Assembly: GCA_964016885.1 (NCBI GenBank)
Contig: OZ024743.1
Span: 301,692,001 to 301,756,000, forward strand
Source of the DNA: Eledone cirrhosa
Lineage: Eukaryota
DNA: 64,000 nt
Reading direction: 5' to 3'
Under the pieces are notes generated by a model, which saw only the letters and a program-made list of their open reading frames with translations, did not search any database and was not told the origin of the DNA. Made by a program: the position numbers and the translations under genes. Below, piece by piece: positions 1-13,072 of this stretch. Each line of letters opens with the position of its first letter. Position 1 is the stretch's first letter.

Positions 1-32
1 TATTATTTTTTTCTCTCTATCTTCATACATAA

Positions 33-440
33 TTTCCCTTCGTTAATTTTCAAATTCCTTTAATTTATACATTATCTTCCAACGGTTCCCAACCTCTCTA
101 TATTAAAACAATATATCTTTTTCTCAGTTATAAAAACTATCTCTTTCTCTCTATCACCCATCTCTCCCTCTCCACCTTCACTCTCATCTCCTCCCCCCTT
201 TTTTTCACCCCCCCCCCCTCCCTAAATAAAATATTTTTTCCTCGCACATATCCTCCCTTTGTTAATTTTCAAAATTTTGAGTTTATACAGTATCTTCCAA
301 CGGTTTTCAACCCCTCTATGTAAAAAATATATCTCCTCTCAGTTATAAAAACTATCTCTTTCTCTCTATCACCCATCTCTCCCTCTCATCTCCTTCCCTT
401 TTCATCCTCCCCCCCCCCTCTCTAAATAAAATATTTTTCC
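33..440. repeat. Imperfect direct tandem duplication (~220-bp period) in a probable PLE 3' region
   Basis: 33-240 recurs at ~253-440 (cgttaattttcaaa...tatcttccaacggtt...ctcagttataaaaactatctctttctctctatcacccatctctccctctc...taaataaaatatttt) with a short deletion in copy 2. Confidence 0.85.
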
Positions 441-535
441 CAATATCACACATCAATCTAAAACCACTTTTCATATGTTGATTTAAAACTGCACTATCAA
501 CAAGTGTTTTTTAGCCTTCATATCATGTTCTCCTG

Positions 536-602
536 TTTTATCTGATGAAAACACAAATAGTATTGCTTGATGATGTTTGTTTTTGAAATGCGCATAATAA
601 AA
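536..602 (+). ncRNA. Minimal type-I hammerhead ribozyme (PLE pseudo-LTR type)
   Basis: tttat-CTGATGA-aaaca...tgtttt-GAAA-tgcgca-TA-ataaa: intact core boxes, stem I tttat/ataaa, palindromic stem III ATGCGCAT. Confidence 0.8.
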
Positions 603-634
603 TATATGGAACTCCTTTAACCATCTTTTGATCT

Positions 635-671
<37 letters not shown>

Positions 672-690
672 CAAAAATATAAAAATATAA

Positions 691-750
<60 letters not shown>

Positions 751-810
751 ATACATACATAAAAATAAATAAATGCACACGCACACATATACATACATAC
801 ATATATATAT

Positions 811-845
<35 letters not shown>

Positions 846-1125
846 AATGAGACGTATAGAGATTGTTTTAGCAAGAAGCTAACGGCATTCTATAACATAT
901 ATGCGACTATAACGTCAAGATGGGAAAAGTAGTTAACGAAAGATTTAGGAAAAAATAAGTCAAACTCATCTCAAAAGAGAATCAGGATACAAATTCATCC
1001 ACAGAATTTAGTAAAATCCATGGAAAAATCTATAGACCTTTAACTCATGATAAAACAAAGTTTGAAACACTTATCCTTCAATTTGGAATAACATCAAATG
1101 CTCTGTATAGTCTTAAAAGACTATT

Positions 1126-1178
1126 TCATGAAAACTTTCAGTGGAGATGGTCACGGTTGGAATATCATTCATCAGCAG
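1126..1178 (-). ncRNA. Degenerate hammerhead-like motif
   Basis: Minus strand reads CTGATGA-atgatattcc...ccact-GAAA-gttt-TC. Core boxes present but stems pair poorly. Confidence 0.3.
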
Positions 1179-1207
1179 AGCTCAACAGAAAACCAGGGCT
1201 CTCACAG

Positions 1208-1264
<57 letters not shown>

Positions 1265-1541
1265 CACGTACACATACACACATGCATACACATACACACA
1301 CACATATACATGTGTGTATGTGTAAAGCTCAGTATTAGATAAGACAAATGAACCTTACGTAAACGTATATATAGTAGTAAAGTAATAAAGCAACACAAGG
1401 CAATTAATCCATTCACCAGAGGTTTCTTAAAAGCAAAAAAAGTGTCCTTCAATCTTCAGAATGAAAAAAAAGCCTGGTTTATCCACATATACATACATAT
1501 ACACACACAAATATACAATTATATACACACATACACACACG

Positions 1542-1621
<80 letters not shown>

Positions 1622-1627
1622 AATATA

Positions 1628-1659
<32 letters not shown>

Positions 1660-1704
1660 CACATATATATATACACACAAAAATACATACACATACACAT
1701 ATGT

Positions 1705-2117
1705 ATGTGAAGGGCAAAACAAAAAGAATATATGGGGGGGGGGGGGCATAAGAGAAGGTAAAATATAAGGGGAGGTAGGGGAGAAAAACATTTTGTAAAT
1801 ATACAAGAGTACAGAAGGTAGAGTCAGCAAAATAAAAACCGTAGCAAAAGTAAAGAGCAGAGAAGGAGTTCAAGGCGGTTGATTTCTCATAGGAGTGTCA
1901 ATCCAGTTACAGATCAGATGCGATTTCAGATGAGGACAGCATCTGAAGATCTCAGTCTTTGAGTTAAGGCAAGCGGAAGTGGCTCTCAAGTTTAGCAAAA
2001 TCCTATACTTTTCTGTGGTGCACAAAGAACAATTCTTTGTGCCCCTTTGGTACTCCCTCGAATGGTCTAATATAGACCAATCAATAGAGTACGGGATATT
2101 ACTATCCTTGAGATCCC
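1705..2117 (-). mobile_element. PLE 3' end (C-terminal GIY-YIG region plus 3' UTR), inverted relative to the adjacent RT
   Basis: Translation WDLKDSNIPYSIDWSILDH..Y...CSLCTTEKYRI...LNSKTEIFRCCPH resembles the C-terminus of the 54165-55262 PLE (W.I..Y..CxLC..E...LN...E...CxH). Runs into a microsatellite at ~1700. Confidence 0.85.
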
Positions 2118-3181
2118 ATACTTTCGTTCTTTCTGATAAAACTAAAAACGTCTTTGAAGTTAATAGTAATGTGTATAACCAACTTTTAACTAATAGTATT
2201 ACCAATAAATATCAATTAACTAATAATAATAGCTACAATACTATCAATAAAGAAGCTAAAGAACTATCTAGTTCTTTACAAATAGATAACCGGATTGAAA
2301 GCTTAGCTAAGCGTAAAGCATATATTACCCTTAAAGACCATAAATTGGACTTTACTAATCGACCTAGTTGTAGACTGATTAACCCGGCTAAATCCGAGGT
2401 TGGCCTTGCTAGTAAGAAAATCTTAAGAAAAATAATTCTCCAAATTAGAACTAACACTGACCTTTCACAGTGGCTAAATACTTACTCTGTTATTTCTTGG
2501 TTCAATAATATACAAGGTAAAAATAAGTGTAGATTTACCCAATTTGATATTGTCGATTTTGCAAGACCCTTCATTAATATCTCTAAATTAGAAGGGGACA
2601 TTATCTTTCATGCTAGAAAAACTTTACTTTTTACTAATGATAATATTTGGGTTAAAAAGTCAAACCCTGAAAGCTCTTTTGATGTTGCAATGGGTTCTTA
2701 TGACAGTGCGGTAGTGTGTGACTTAGTAGGATTATTCCTTCTCCACACACTCAAAGAGAAATTTCCGTCCCATAATATCGGTTTATACCGTGATGACGGA
2801 TTAGCAGTTTCTCATACCACCAACGGCCATAATCTTCATAAATTCCGTAAAGATTTAATTAATACTTTTGCTAATCTTAACCTTAAAATTACTATAGATA
2901 CGAACCTTACTAATGCTAACTTTCTTGATATTAATCTTGATCTACTTACTGCCTCTGTTAAACCCTATCATAAACCTAATGAAAATATTAGGTATATACA
3001 CAAAGAGTCTTGCCATCCCCCTATAGTTTTTAATAATCTTATTCCTAACATTGGCCGTAGGATTTCTACCTTATCTTCGTCTATAGACATTTTTAATAAA
3101 GCCACCCCTTATTATAATAAAGCCCTTAAGAACAGCGGTTTTACGGAAAACATTTCTTATTTACCTACTCCCCCCCCCTAA
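1979..3181 (+). CDS. Penelope-like reverse transcriptase, truncated (homology starts ~2118)
   Basis: Motifs SDKTKN, ITLKDHK..F, CRLINPAKSEVG, QFDIVDF, DVAMGSYDSA, GLYRDDGLA, NFLDINLDL, PYHKPN, YIHKESCHP. Short in-frame deletion after FDIVDF. After a frameshift at the C-run (~3170) it continues KRKIIWFTPP...FLELLDKHFP..HRYYKMFNRN to ~3331. Confidence 0.92.
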   Translation: MALKFSKILYFSVVHKEQFFVPLWYSLEWSNIDQSIEYGILLSLRSHTFVLSDKTKNVFEVNSNVYNQLLTNSITNKYQLTNNNSYNTINKEAKELSSSLQIDNRIESLAKRKAYITLKDHKLDFTNRPSCRLINPAKSEVGLASKKILRKIILQIRTNTDLSQWLNTYSVISWFNNIQGKNKCRFTQFDIVDFARPFINISKLEGDIIFHARKTLLFTNDNIWVKKSNPESSFDVAMGSYDSAVVCDLVGLFLLHTLKEKFPSHNIGLYRDDGLAVSHTTNGHNLHKFRKDLINTFANLNLKITIDTNLTNANFLDINLDLLTASVKPYHKPNENIRYIHKESCHPPIVFNNLIPNIGRRISTLSSSIDIFNKATPYYNKALKNSGFTENISYLPTPPP

Positions 3182-3331
3182 AACTAACCATAATAACATA
3201 AAAAGGAAGATTATTTGGTTCACACCCCCTTCTCTCTAACTGTTAACACTAATGTAGGAAGGAAATTCCTTGAACTATTAGACAAACATTTTCCTCCTAT
3301 TCATAGATATTATAAGATGTTTAATAGGAAT

Positions 3332-3408
3332 GCAGCACAGCAGTATTTACATAAATGGTATACATAACAGCTATATAATACCCGAACAACGCCGGGTACC
3401 TCTGTTAG
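3332..3408 (+). mobile_element. Possible Helitron-like 3' terminus
   Basis: Hairpin tacccg-aacaacgc-cgggta followed 6 nt later by TTAG|T (a variant of CTAG|T). It truncates the PLE at 3331. Confidence 0.45.
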
Positions 3409-3604
3409 TAGGAGTTAAATCTATATTCTGAGGAAAAAAATTATAATATGATTGATGATAGTTATCGCGAACTATCGAATACGCTTCTCAACATCTATCT
3501 GAGTATGTATGTTTGCGTGGGGGAGTTTATATTCTCTCTGTTTTAGTCACTGCCTCCGTCTCTCTCGCTCTCTCCATCTCTCAATGTTGTATACTAATGA
3601 GATC

Positions 3605-3890
3605 ATACGCGCCGACCGCCCCTAGATGCCGATGGATATAATACAGAAAGCATTTCCCGGGAGGGTGGTGAGGTAGACGCGTTGGAAGAGCGATTCCAAC
3701 AGGCGAGGCTCACAGCTGTTGCTACAATGCAGGCCGCTATCCATGACATGCTGCACTCAACAAGGGCTGATGAGGGTAAATTCTTCAAATATCCGTCAAT
3801 CTCCGACAGGTTTTCCCTTGAGTCCGTAGCAGTGGAGACCTCTGGCACTGTTAGCCCTAGAACCACCTCCCTATTCACCATGGAATTGTA
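3605..3890 (+). pseudogene. Decayed restriction-like endonuclease end of a CRE-like non-LTR element
   Basis: ADEGKFFKYPSISDRFSLESVAVETSGTVSP resembles the AE..K..KY..L...F.PVAVET.G..GP motif of RLE-bearing LINEs. The patch is locally GC-rich. Confidence 0.45.
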
Positions 3891-3989
3891 ATAGTAATGA
3901 CATGAACACAGAGAAATTAATGTATGTTCCTGGTACATTAACACATTCTATTTTCTTTCATATACATGTCGAATATGAATTAATATTTG

Positions 3990-4029
<40 letters not shown>

Positions 4030-5152
4030 CAAAATATTAATAAACGAAAAGCATTCTCATAATCAAAATATATATTTTATTATACATAAAAGAAGAGAAA
4101 GAGAAGATGTAGAGAGAGAAAAGGGGAATAAAAACAAAAGAAAGCGAAGATGCGGGGAGAAAAAAGAAAAAAAAGAAGAGGAATAAAGAAAACGAAGAAG
4201 AGGAAAAGGAAAGGATAAAATAGAGGGGAGAATAAAAAACCGTTGTATTTAAGTAAAAAATAAAACATAAAAAATTAAGAATATGTTCATATTTATCAGT
4301 GAATACCGCTTGTATTGGATTACGCTTTAGTTAATTATAAGTTTATATTATATCCGGATTATTAGGCATAGTTAACTTTCTATAGCAATCAAATATTTAA
4401 GTTAATTACAAATGTGTATGCTTAGATTAATTTAATTTAATTTAGCTCATTCTAGATTATTATAATTTGTTATTATAAGGTAAGATATTGTATTAATATT
4501 ATATTATAAATTTAAAACAATTCATGTTTAATTAAATAACTATTAAATATGTATTAAAATATATTAAAATGCATATACCCCGATCAATATATATAATATA
4601 TTTTGTTCATTGATGATCTAAATTAATTTAAAATTTAAAATTCACGTTTTGTGAAACTTCGTTATTTTTAAATTTTCATTTATTTCTTAGGATCTAACTG
4701 TGGTTATATTTACTCTCAGTAAATTTTATTATAATGAATGGTTACATATACATCTATATTTAATTATTCTGATATATATAGTTTACTTTTAATGATAGTC
4801 TATATATTATTAAACTATTAATTATTATTTATGAATAATATATTTTATATATTTTTTTTCAAGCTAATCAAACAAATTTTCGGAGAATATAAACAAAAGG
4901 AAGATAAGTCATTTACAATGTAAAAGCATTTTTTTTTACTTAGAGGGAATCTCTTCTCTCACGACCAGCGATATTTTAAGAACCTTAAACTATCTATTTT
5001 ATATATCTTAATTGATGTCTAATTAAATATTGAACCATCCTAATGAAATCATAGCAGAAAAAAAATCACTCAATGAGGTGATTACATATAAATATCTATA
5101 AATAATTACGTCAATTAGGCAACATTTACATATATTTATATATATATATATA

Positions 5153-5345
5153 TGACAAAGGAAATGTGGTAAGTAACCAGATGGACCATAACGCACCAGA
5201 TTACTCAATACTTAGGGTAGTAGAGTGGGAAATAGGAAAAAAGTATGACCACGACGGCAGAGCTCAAGCCGTTTTGATGGCTATTTCTGGAGTCCAGAAA
5301 TAGCCGTCGAAACGGCTTGAGCTCTGCCGTCGGCGTCATACTTTT

Positions 5346-5350
<5 letters not shown>
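5153..5350 (+). mobile_element. Family A asymmetric foldback element, subfamily 1, embedded in (TA)n
   Basis: Unique head ...ggaaatgtggtaag...ggaccataacgcacca...gtagtagagtggg followed by a ~115-bp palindrome centred on ttctgga-g-tccagaa. Homologous to copies at 6298, 9968, 18582, 28494, 30214, 55862 and 61977. Confidence 0.85.
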
Positions 5351-5411
<61 letters not shown>

Positions 5412-5418
<7 letters not shown>

Positions 5419-6181
5419 GAAACACACAGATACATGCGGACACACACATATACATGAATGCATCCGCACCCAACCGTGAGTTAAGGGTGCCAACTTCACC
5501 GATGTTGCTCAATGAATGACTGGGACAGACCAATCCGGTTGAACTAGACTGAACCAGTATCAGAGTTAAAAATACATTATGAAGAGAGAAGAAACATTTA
5601 GATATAATTAGTAATAAAATGTATCATACCTAAACTGCTCCTAGATTCCTCGACTACGTAGTTTCGTGGCATAAAAAAAAAACAATACATCATAAAGATA
5701 TAGAGTCCTTGCGAGATCTGCCGACTTATCAAGAGAATACCTCATGTTACTAGTCTCAAGAACGCGTCTACACGACGTGAGAAAGAATCCCAAAAGGCGG
5801 AGGGGGAGATAGTCACGCGACATAACGGTCGAGAAACAGAGCTAAGCCTCTTATAACCCCGAAGAAATACCACGGAGGCGGAGGGGGTATTTATATCGAA
5901 GCCGTAGAAGAGGTGGTGAAGGAGACGAGGAGTATGAGTAATGGAAGCTTTCCAGCAGTCCCCACACCTCAAAGATTGATCGACCAGAGGGAGTTATTAA
6001 CAATATATTTAGAAACACACAGATACATACGGACACACACATATACATGAATGCAGCCGCACCCAACCGTGAGTTAAGGGTGCCAACTTCACCGATGTTG
6101 CTCAATGAATGACCGGGACAGACCAATCCGGTTGAACTAGACACTGAACCAGTATCAGAGTTAAAAATACATTATGAAGAG

Positions 6182-6182
<1 letters not shown>
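5412..6182. repeat. Partial tandem: 176-bp direct repeats (5412-5587, 6005-6182) flanking ~420 bp, between (TA)n tracts; PLE pseudo-LTR-like
   Basis: Near-identical atttagaaacacacagatacat...aaaatacattatgaagaga at both ends with a few substitutions and one 2-nt indel. Confidence 0.8.
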
Positions 6183-6264
<82 letters not shown>

Positions 6265-6297
6265 AAAAATATATATATATATGTATATATATATATT

Positions 6298-6384
6298 TAA
6301 CGAATGAGGTGTATTAAGGATCCATATGGACCATAACGCACCAGAGTAATCACTACTTAGGGTAGTAGAGCGGGTAATTTTCCT
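6298..6384 (+). mobile_element. Family A copy with the palindrome deleted
   Basis: taacgaatg...ggaccataacgcaccagag...ttagggtagtagagcgggtaa joined directly to ttttcctata. Confidence 0.75.
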
Positions 6385-7589
6385 ATATATATGATTGTTT
6401 ATCGTTTCAAGGATTTCAGCACGTCAGGACGCTTCTTCCACCTGTACTAAGATATAACGTTCATATATGTGTTGCATATACTGAGGCATTGCTTATAATC
6501 TATTTATGCTTTATTTAAGTCAAACATCAGGCTAATGTAACCACATTATATTTGTTCTCCTCAATAAAACAGTGTTTATGGTGCCTTTATTTTATACTCT
6601 TACATATTTAATATTAATGAAGAAATATTTTCTGATACAATCTCCAGTGTCAGACAAAGTTCTACTGAAAACACTATGATCTAAATCAGCCAAACTTATC
6701 CTTCTGGATTTAACTACCATTGCACATTATTTCACCATTCTAAGTTCCCCATGATTATTTAACTCCATTTTCTATGTTATTTAATACATCGGTATATTCC
6801 ACAGTCGACATCCGAATACACTGGTAATTGAGCAAAAATGCATGTTTTGTCATGTCTGTTCATGGCCGGAGATAAATGTTTTGCTTCGTTGTATGAATAT
6901 TGATTCAGGATACGAGTTTTGTTTTAAAACCGGATCTGTGTTCCAATTAATAGCATCATCTAGAAGGCTGCTTACAGGCGTTTTTTTTTAACGTAATCAC
7001 ATGTCGTTTCAAGCTCTCACCTATGTAAGAAGCTATTTGCAAACTTAATGTGACCGTTCCTGTATTATCACTGCTAATATTTATTTAATTGAGGTCAGTA
7101 CATAGGCGTTACATATGTCACCGTAAATAAGGTGCAATAGGTGAATTAATGGATGGCATTACATAGTAATAAAATACATTTGCCACATGTTTCTATTTCA
7201 AATTGTGTGGGTCGAGAAAATATAGGTATCGGTTTGCCTTCTGTAGATATAATAGATATTAAAAAAATTGTGATCATATAAAATGATGAATATCATCTAT
7301 TTAATGCCTTGATCAATCTTTTCTCCTAATATTACACTTCTTTTGTCCAGGTGTGAAAATTGTTTAGAAACTTTCATCAGACACTTTTGGAACTGTCGGC
7401 AACTTCTAAAGGAACTGTTCCTGTAATTAAATATGTTGGGCAGTCTTTTATGCTGTACATTGTAGTGTGCTCCTTCGCAATCTACAATGGATACAATTTT
7501 GTGCTGCGTAATTTTAAATCACATTATCCTAATCTTTTCCATCATATAGAAAAATACATGCTATATTTCTGCTCCAGATATGTGAGCAA

Positions 7590-8440
7590 AGAATGAACAA
7601 AATCCTCCGAACACACAACATAATACAGGGCAAAGGACAACCTAAATCCATAAAAAAACATCTTCACACAAGCCAAAATCCAACAAACCCTCACCTAATC
7701 TATGTTTTGACCTGCTCAGATTGTCAAGAGCAGTACATAGGACAGACAAAAGAAAACGGCCTCCATATGACCATCCATAAATCGCAAATCAAAATACAGG
7801 AATACAGAGAGATTGGATTTAGTGAACGTATCGCCAATTGTGCACCCACCAACATCCAAACTTTAAAATTTTCCCCATTTACAAATTCATAGACAACGCT
7901 ACTTTCATCCATCGTACCAATAAGGAAACATATTTCATTAACAAATTCCAACCTCTACTTAATGGACTAAACTTCGGACCAAACTAAAATTGGAACAAAC
8001 AATCAAATATTCACAAGAGTTACCTCCCTCACACTCTACCTAATCCTTTTTCTTAAATAAATTAAATATCATCTTGCATGAATTGCTTCCCCCTGTATAT
8101 TAACTCTCTAAAAAGGGAGATCATATCAAACCAAATCCACCATTTGCCTCCATCATGGACCAACTATGCACCATTGCTATATTAACACATTTTGATGTGC
8201 TTAATTTCAAGAACTAAGCCTGTAAATAACATTATTTTTTTCTTTCACATTGACTTGTTATGCTCCACATTACCATCCTTTTTTTCTTTATTCTGTTTTC
8301 TTTTCACTTCATAAACCTTGTTTGTAAATAACATTATTCTTTCTGCACTATTTCTTTAACATGTCCAACACCACCATTCTACACCAATACATATCACTAT
8401 CATTTGATAATGCATAAAAAAATGAACCCGGTAACAGACA
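7590..8440 (+). mobile_element. Decayed PLE GIY-YIG 3' end with UTR and degenerate HHR
   Basis: HLIYVLTCSDCQEQYIGQTK (GIY-YIG with CxxC) and a terminal E..FINKFQP.LN-like motif near 7925-7965. ttgataa...gaac-ccgg-ta at ~8404-8433 looks like a decayed HHR. Confidence 0.7.
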
Positions 8441-8686
8441 ATTATTAAATATATAAATATGTAAATATATGCCATTGTTAACTAATAAATAAATCAACTA
8501 ATACCTTCACACAAAGTAAAATATTTCGTTTTCATCATTTTCTAACCCAGAAAAAGAGAGAGAGAAAAAAAGAAAAAAATATATTTGTCTTCCTAATACA
8601 CGCCTTTCTCGCTGTCTTCATATATATTTATATATATATAAATATATATATATATATCCTAACTCGTGTGCTTCCTCTCCACATTT

Positions 8687-8788
<102 letters not shown>

Positions 8789-8789
8789 G

Positions 8790-8859
<70 letters not shown>

Positions 8860-8862
<3 letters not shown>

Positions 8863-9190
8863 TGGCTGCCAACTCGTTTTCGAGTACGGCCACTACTTTA
8901 TATCCATGTAGGAGAACTCCTACCGATTCGCTGAACGAGTGTGACTCTTTAGTCCAGCCAGCGACTTGAAAACTCTGGTACTAACACTACACTTGTGACA
9001 ATTATTGACACATAGTACTGGGCCCATGGTACCATGTGACGACAAGTGCAGAGAGATCTCCAGATATAAAGCAATGCCTGTGCCATGAAGCTTCTATAGT
9101 GAGCAAAGGCACTGCACAAATCCAGTCCCACTCTCTTAACCAAGATGATATTTACCAAAAAGAAGAACAAGTCAACATCATTAGATACCA
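8860..9190 (-). repeat. ~330-bp interspersed repeat, second copy at 21585-21917; probable retroposon with (ATGT)n/(AT)n tail
   Basis: atggtggctgccaactcgttttcgagtacggcc...caagtcaacatcatt.gataccat is highly similar and co-terminal at both loci. Confidence 0.8.
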
Positions 9191-9313
9191 TCAAGGTTGC
9201 AGGTGTTATATCAGAGTTTTCCTTCTCCTAGAATTCTGCCTTGACAAAGGCTAAGGGGTCATCTCTCCCGGATATATATATATATACATACATATATATA
9301 TACAGTATGTATA

Positions 9314-9371
<58 letters not shown>

Positions 9372-9398
9372 TCTGTATATGTAGTAATAATAATAAAT

Positions 9399-9540
9399 TT
9401 GAAGACTAAAATCAAAAGAGGGCTCGATAAGGATAAATATATATCAAATATATAAGAACCGTAGATCAAATATTTATTAAAATAACAGATTAAAGTTTAA
9501 GCAAAGTGTCGGTGCTTTCACCCTTAACGGATCTCCTGAA
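9399..9540 (-). mobile_element. Family D PLE pseudo-LTR fragment (same family as 32665-32861) with decayed HHR
   Basis: aagactaaaat..aaagagggctcgataaggataaat...gctttcacccttaacggatctcctg shared with 32665-32797. Minus strand reads caggaga-tccgttaagggt-GAAA-gcacc. Confidence 0.7.
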
Positions 9541-9557
9541 ACTCATATATGTATATG

Positions 9558-9622
<65 letters not shown>

Positions 9623-9626
9623 TGAA

Positions 9627-9661
<35 letters not shown>

Positions 9662-9840
9662 CGAAAGATATATATATATATATTTCATATATGTATATGT
9701 GAAATATATATATATGTATATGTGTGTGCGAGATATATATATATATATATGAAATATATATATATATATCTTTCGCACACACACATATATATATATATAT
9801 ATTTCACATATATATATATGAAATATATATATATCTTTCG

Positions 9841-9934
<94 letters not shown>

Positions 9935-11901
9935 AATATATATATATATATATAATATATATATATATAAGAAAGAAGTTGTGGTAAGATATCAGGTGGA
10001 CCATATGCAACAGATACCTTATAAAATCTGGTTGTAAAATAGGACACATCTATTTAGAATGACCATAAGTTACCCTTTCGTTCATATTTATATAAATCAA
10101 TCAACAAGATAATCGTCTGATTCGTTATAGAATTTCACTGTTTCATTACTTACGTTATTCGGTAAATCTCACGTAATATTCGTAGAAGACCTGTATTAAG
10201 TTTCAAATATATACAGGCACTTCATAATCGAAGAAAGAAAATCTATTTTTCACAATATTAAGGCGCCGGACTGGCCCACATCGTGTGATATTTTGGCATT
10301 ATTGATCTATTTTGCCTAGCATCGTTCAAGTGAAATTGAATCTGTTGAAGATATTATAGAAACCCGCCTGAGGGATTGTTCATTTATCTCAAAAGTACCG
10401 CCGTGGTACACATCATGACACACTAAATATATTTGAGAATTATTCTAAGGGTACACGTGAAGTTCAAATAATCTTTCATCGCATGCACATTCCAACGAGA
10501 ATCTGTTCCGTTGAACAAAAATCTGATAAGTATATGTTGAAACCAAAGTAGATGTATATTTCTAACAAACAAATACACGCATATATAAGTTTATAATTAT
10601 AAATATTTGCATGCATGTGTATGTGCCAGTGTGTGTGTGCGTATTTACTCAACTGTACTTATCTTCATACTTCACTATATTTATGACCGTTTAACATAAT
10701 AAGGTTTCACCACTTACATGCGCATGATTTCTTCGCCGTGTAGGATTGGAGGGAGAATGATAGAGAGGGGCAGAATGTGTATGGGGTGTTGAAAAATAGA
10801 GAAGCATATATGCATATATGCACCTATTTATACGTATGTGTTTGTATGTATGTGACACTGAGTTTACGAATGCATATAGTCATAATAATATATACTCTGA
10901 TCGTTCGTTCTTAAATAAATAACTGTAGAAACCAGCTATAATCACCTATATTGAAATCATATATATATTGTTATGAATTAAATCATGGCAAGGAGAATTG
11001 TGTCTCGTAAACAGCTGCGTAAACTCAAATAATTGAAAAAATACAAAACACTTAAACACTATTTAGACCTAACACGTAGTCGTTTGCTGGATGAAGAAAA
11101 AGAAATATATAGAGGGAGCGAGATAGAGAGATATGAGGGGGGGGGGTAGAGAGAGAAAGGTGGGAGAGAGAGAGGAGAAAGAGAGTTGGGAAGATATATA
11201 TATATATATACATATAACCACAGGTACCAAAATATCATCAACAAGAATAACGTCAAGATATGTCATTCTACTACACCTAACTTAGCTGATCTCATACCAA
11301 TAAGCAACCATAGTAAGCTCACTCGAATAAAAATAGCCTGTAATGCCAACACTGGCGAATATGCTAGCCGGTCAACCTTAACAATTCAGTCGCCCACAAT
11401 TGTAGCAGTAACAATAACCAGGACAGGAATCATAGTATTAGCAGAAAGATGACAAGAGCCCCACCATAGAAACTAACCGGAGCGTCAGTAGTGAGACCGA
11501 TGACCGCGTTAGATAGCCTAGCAGCGATAACAACGGCCGTAGAAGACGCTGTAACACAAGCAATAGAAATAGCATCATGTCGCAGAACGATAATTACAAT
11601 AATCCCAACCACAGTAATGGCAACAATGGTGATGGTGAAAATGATAGTAATAGGATTAGCAGCAGTCCTCACCATTTTATAAATGGCAACAAAAGACACT
11701 GCAAATGCCGAAACCATACCAATTGTCGGCTCCAAGGCGACTGCTTGATTAGAAACGTAGTCTATACCCATTCTGCTTCAGCCCATGCACAGTGAACTCA
11801 CTACTTATGTTGCCTCGGTGTTCACTCCAATACAGTCTCTGTCTCTCTGACTCTATGATTGTCTGTCTCTCTGTTTCTCTTAGATGAACAGATACATGTT
11901 A

Positions 11902-12086
11902 TAATTGTTTCTACTTTAAGCACAAGGCCAGCAATTACCCAGTGCATTACTGGTACTTTCTTTTATCGACCCTGTAAGGATGAAAGGCAAAGTCAACCTC
12001 GGCGGGATTTGAACTCAGATTGTAAAGGGACGTAACTATGCTGGAAAGCATGGCGGCCGACCCTCTACCGATACTGCCAATCCACC
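11902..12086 (-). mobile_element. MetaSINE-like tRNA-derived SINE
   Basis: Minus strand has B-box gagttcaaatcc and core gactttgcctttcatccttacagggtcgataaaagaaagtaccag, with tail agtagaaacaatt. Same family as 32461, 41090, 59515, 62808. Confidence 0.85.
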
Positions 12087-13032
12087 AGTGCTAGTTTGTA
12101 CATAGGAGCCACATCAGGGGAGTTAAAACACTAGATTTAGAGCGCATTTCCACGCATTTATTAATAGGAAACTAAGACAATCTACCTCCCTCGCTAATAC
12201 CCAATTAACTCTCTCCAACATTAGCTATACCCCGTAACGGGAAATTGTGAACCAAGCAACACCTTATAATTTCAGTAACAACTGCTAGCTTTAGTACAAG
12301 CACCCCAGGAACTCATAAATAGTCTGACCAAAACAGTCATCAAATGCGGCCACCGACTGCAACAATCATGGACCCTTGAAGCTGAATAACACCGTATCCC
12401 TACGGCTCTCAGCACCGCACCCCAGCCTGACCCGCCGGCGGTAGTTTTATCAATTTAAAGCCTGAAATAACACCATCAACCACCCATCCATTTCCCACTG
12501 GGAGGCTGCACAGCTCCTACTCAGTTGGGCCCACCTCGCTATATACTTCCACTTGGCCGGGCCGGGTTAAAGTAATCTTATGAAGCTGCTTCCTGAAACC
12601 GAGTAACATCATAGATAAATTGAACATATGAACGTACAACTTGGATTTGAATTAGCATCATACATCCAAGCCTTCAACATCACACACCAACGCGCACCCC
12701 CCCCCCCCATAATAAGGTATACCTGTGTGCAGTGTCTAATGACACTACCAACAGTCTATTGTTTTTCCACCTAAACACTCCACGATTTATACTGAGTTGG
12801 ACCAACCCCGCATAAGTTATATGAACAAAAAAATGTTTCTCACCATAGCTGGGATTGGTAAAAAATAACACAGTGACATTCAACAAGCACCGGGTAATTA
12901 CCTCCCTTAGCGAATTATATCCATTTCACCGGTGACAATAACATTACCATCTTAAATCACGACGCATGGCGATGTGATGTTGTGATACCCTCTCAGCTAT
13001 TTATAATTAAGGAACTAGCCATCTGAACATCT

Positions 13033-13072
13033 GCTCCCGACGAATCTCTCCGGGAGAAACACGTGTAAGGGC
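13033..13072 (+). ncRNA. Minimal type-I hammerhead (core variant CCGACGA)
   Basis: gctc-CCGACGA-a-tctc-tcc-ggga-GAAA-cacgtg-TA-agggc, with palindromic stem III ACACGTGT, at the 3' end of a PLE. Confidence 0.65.
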
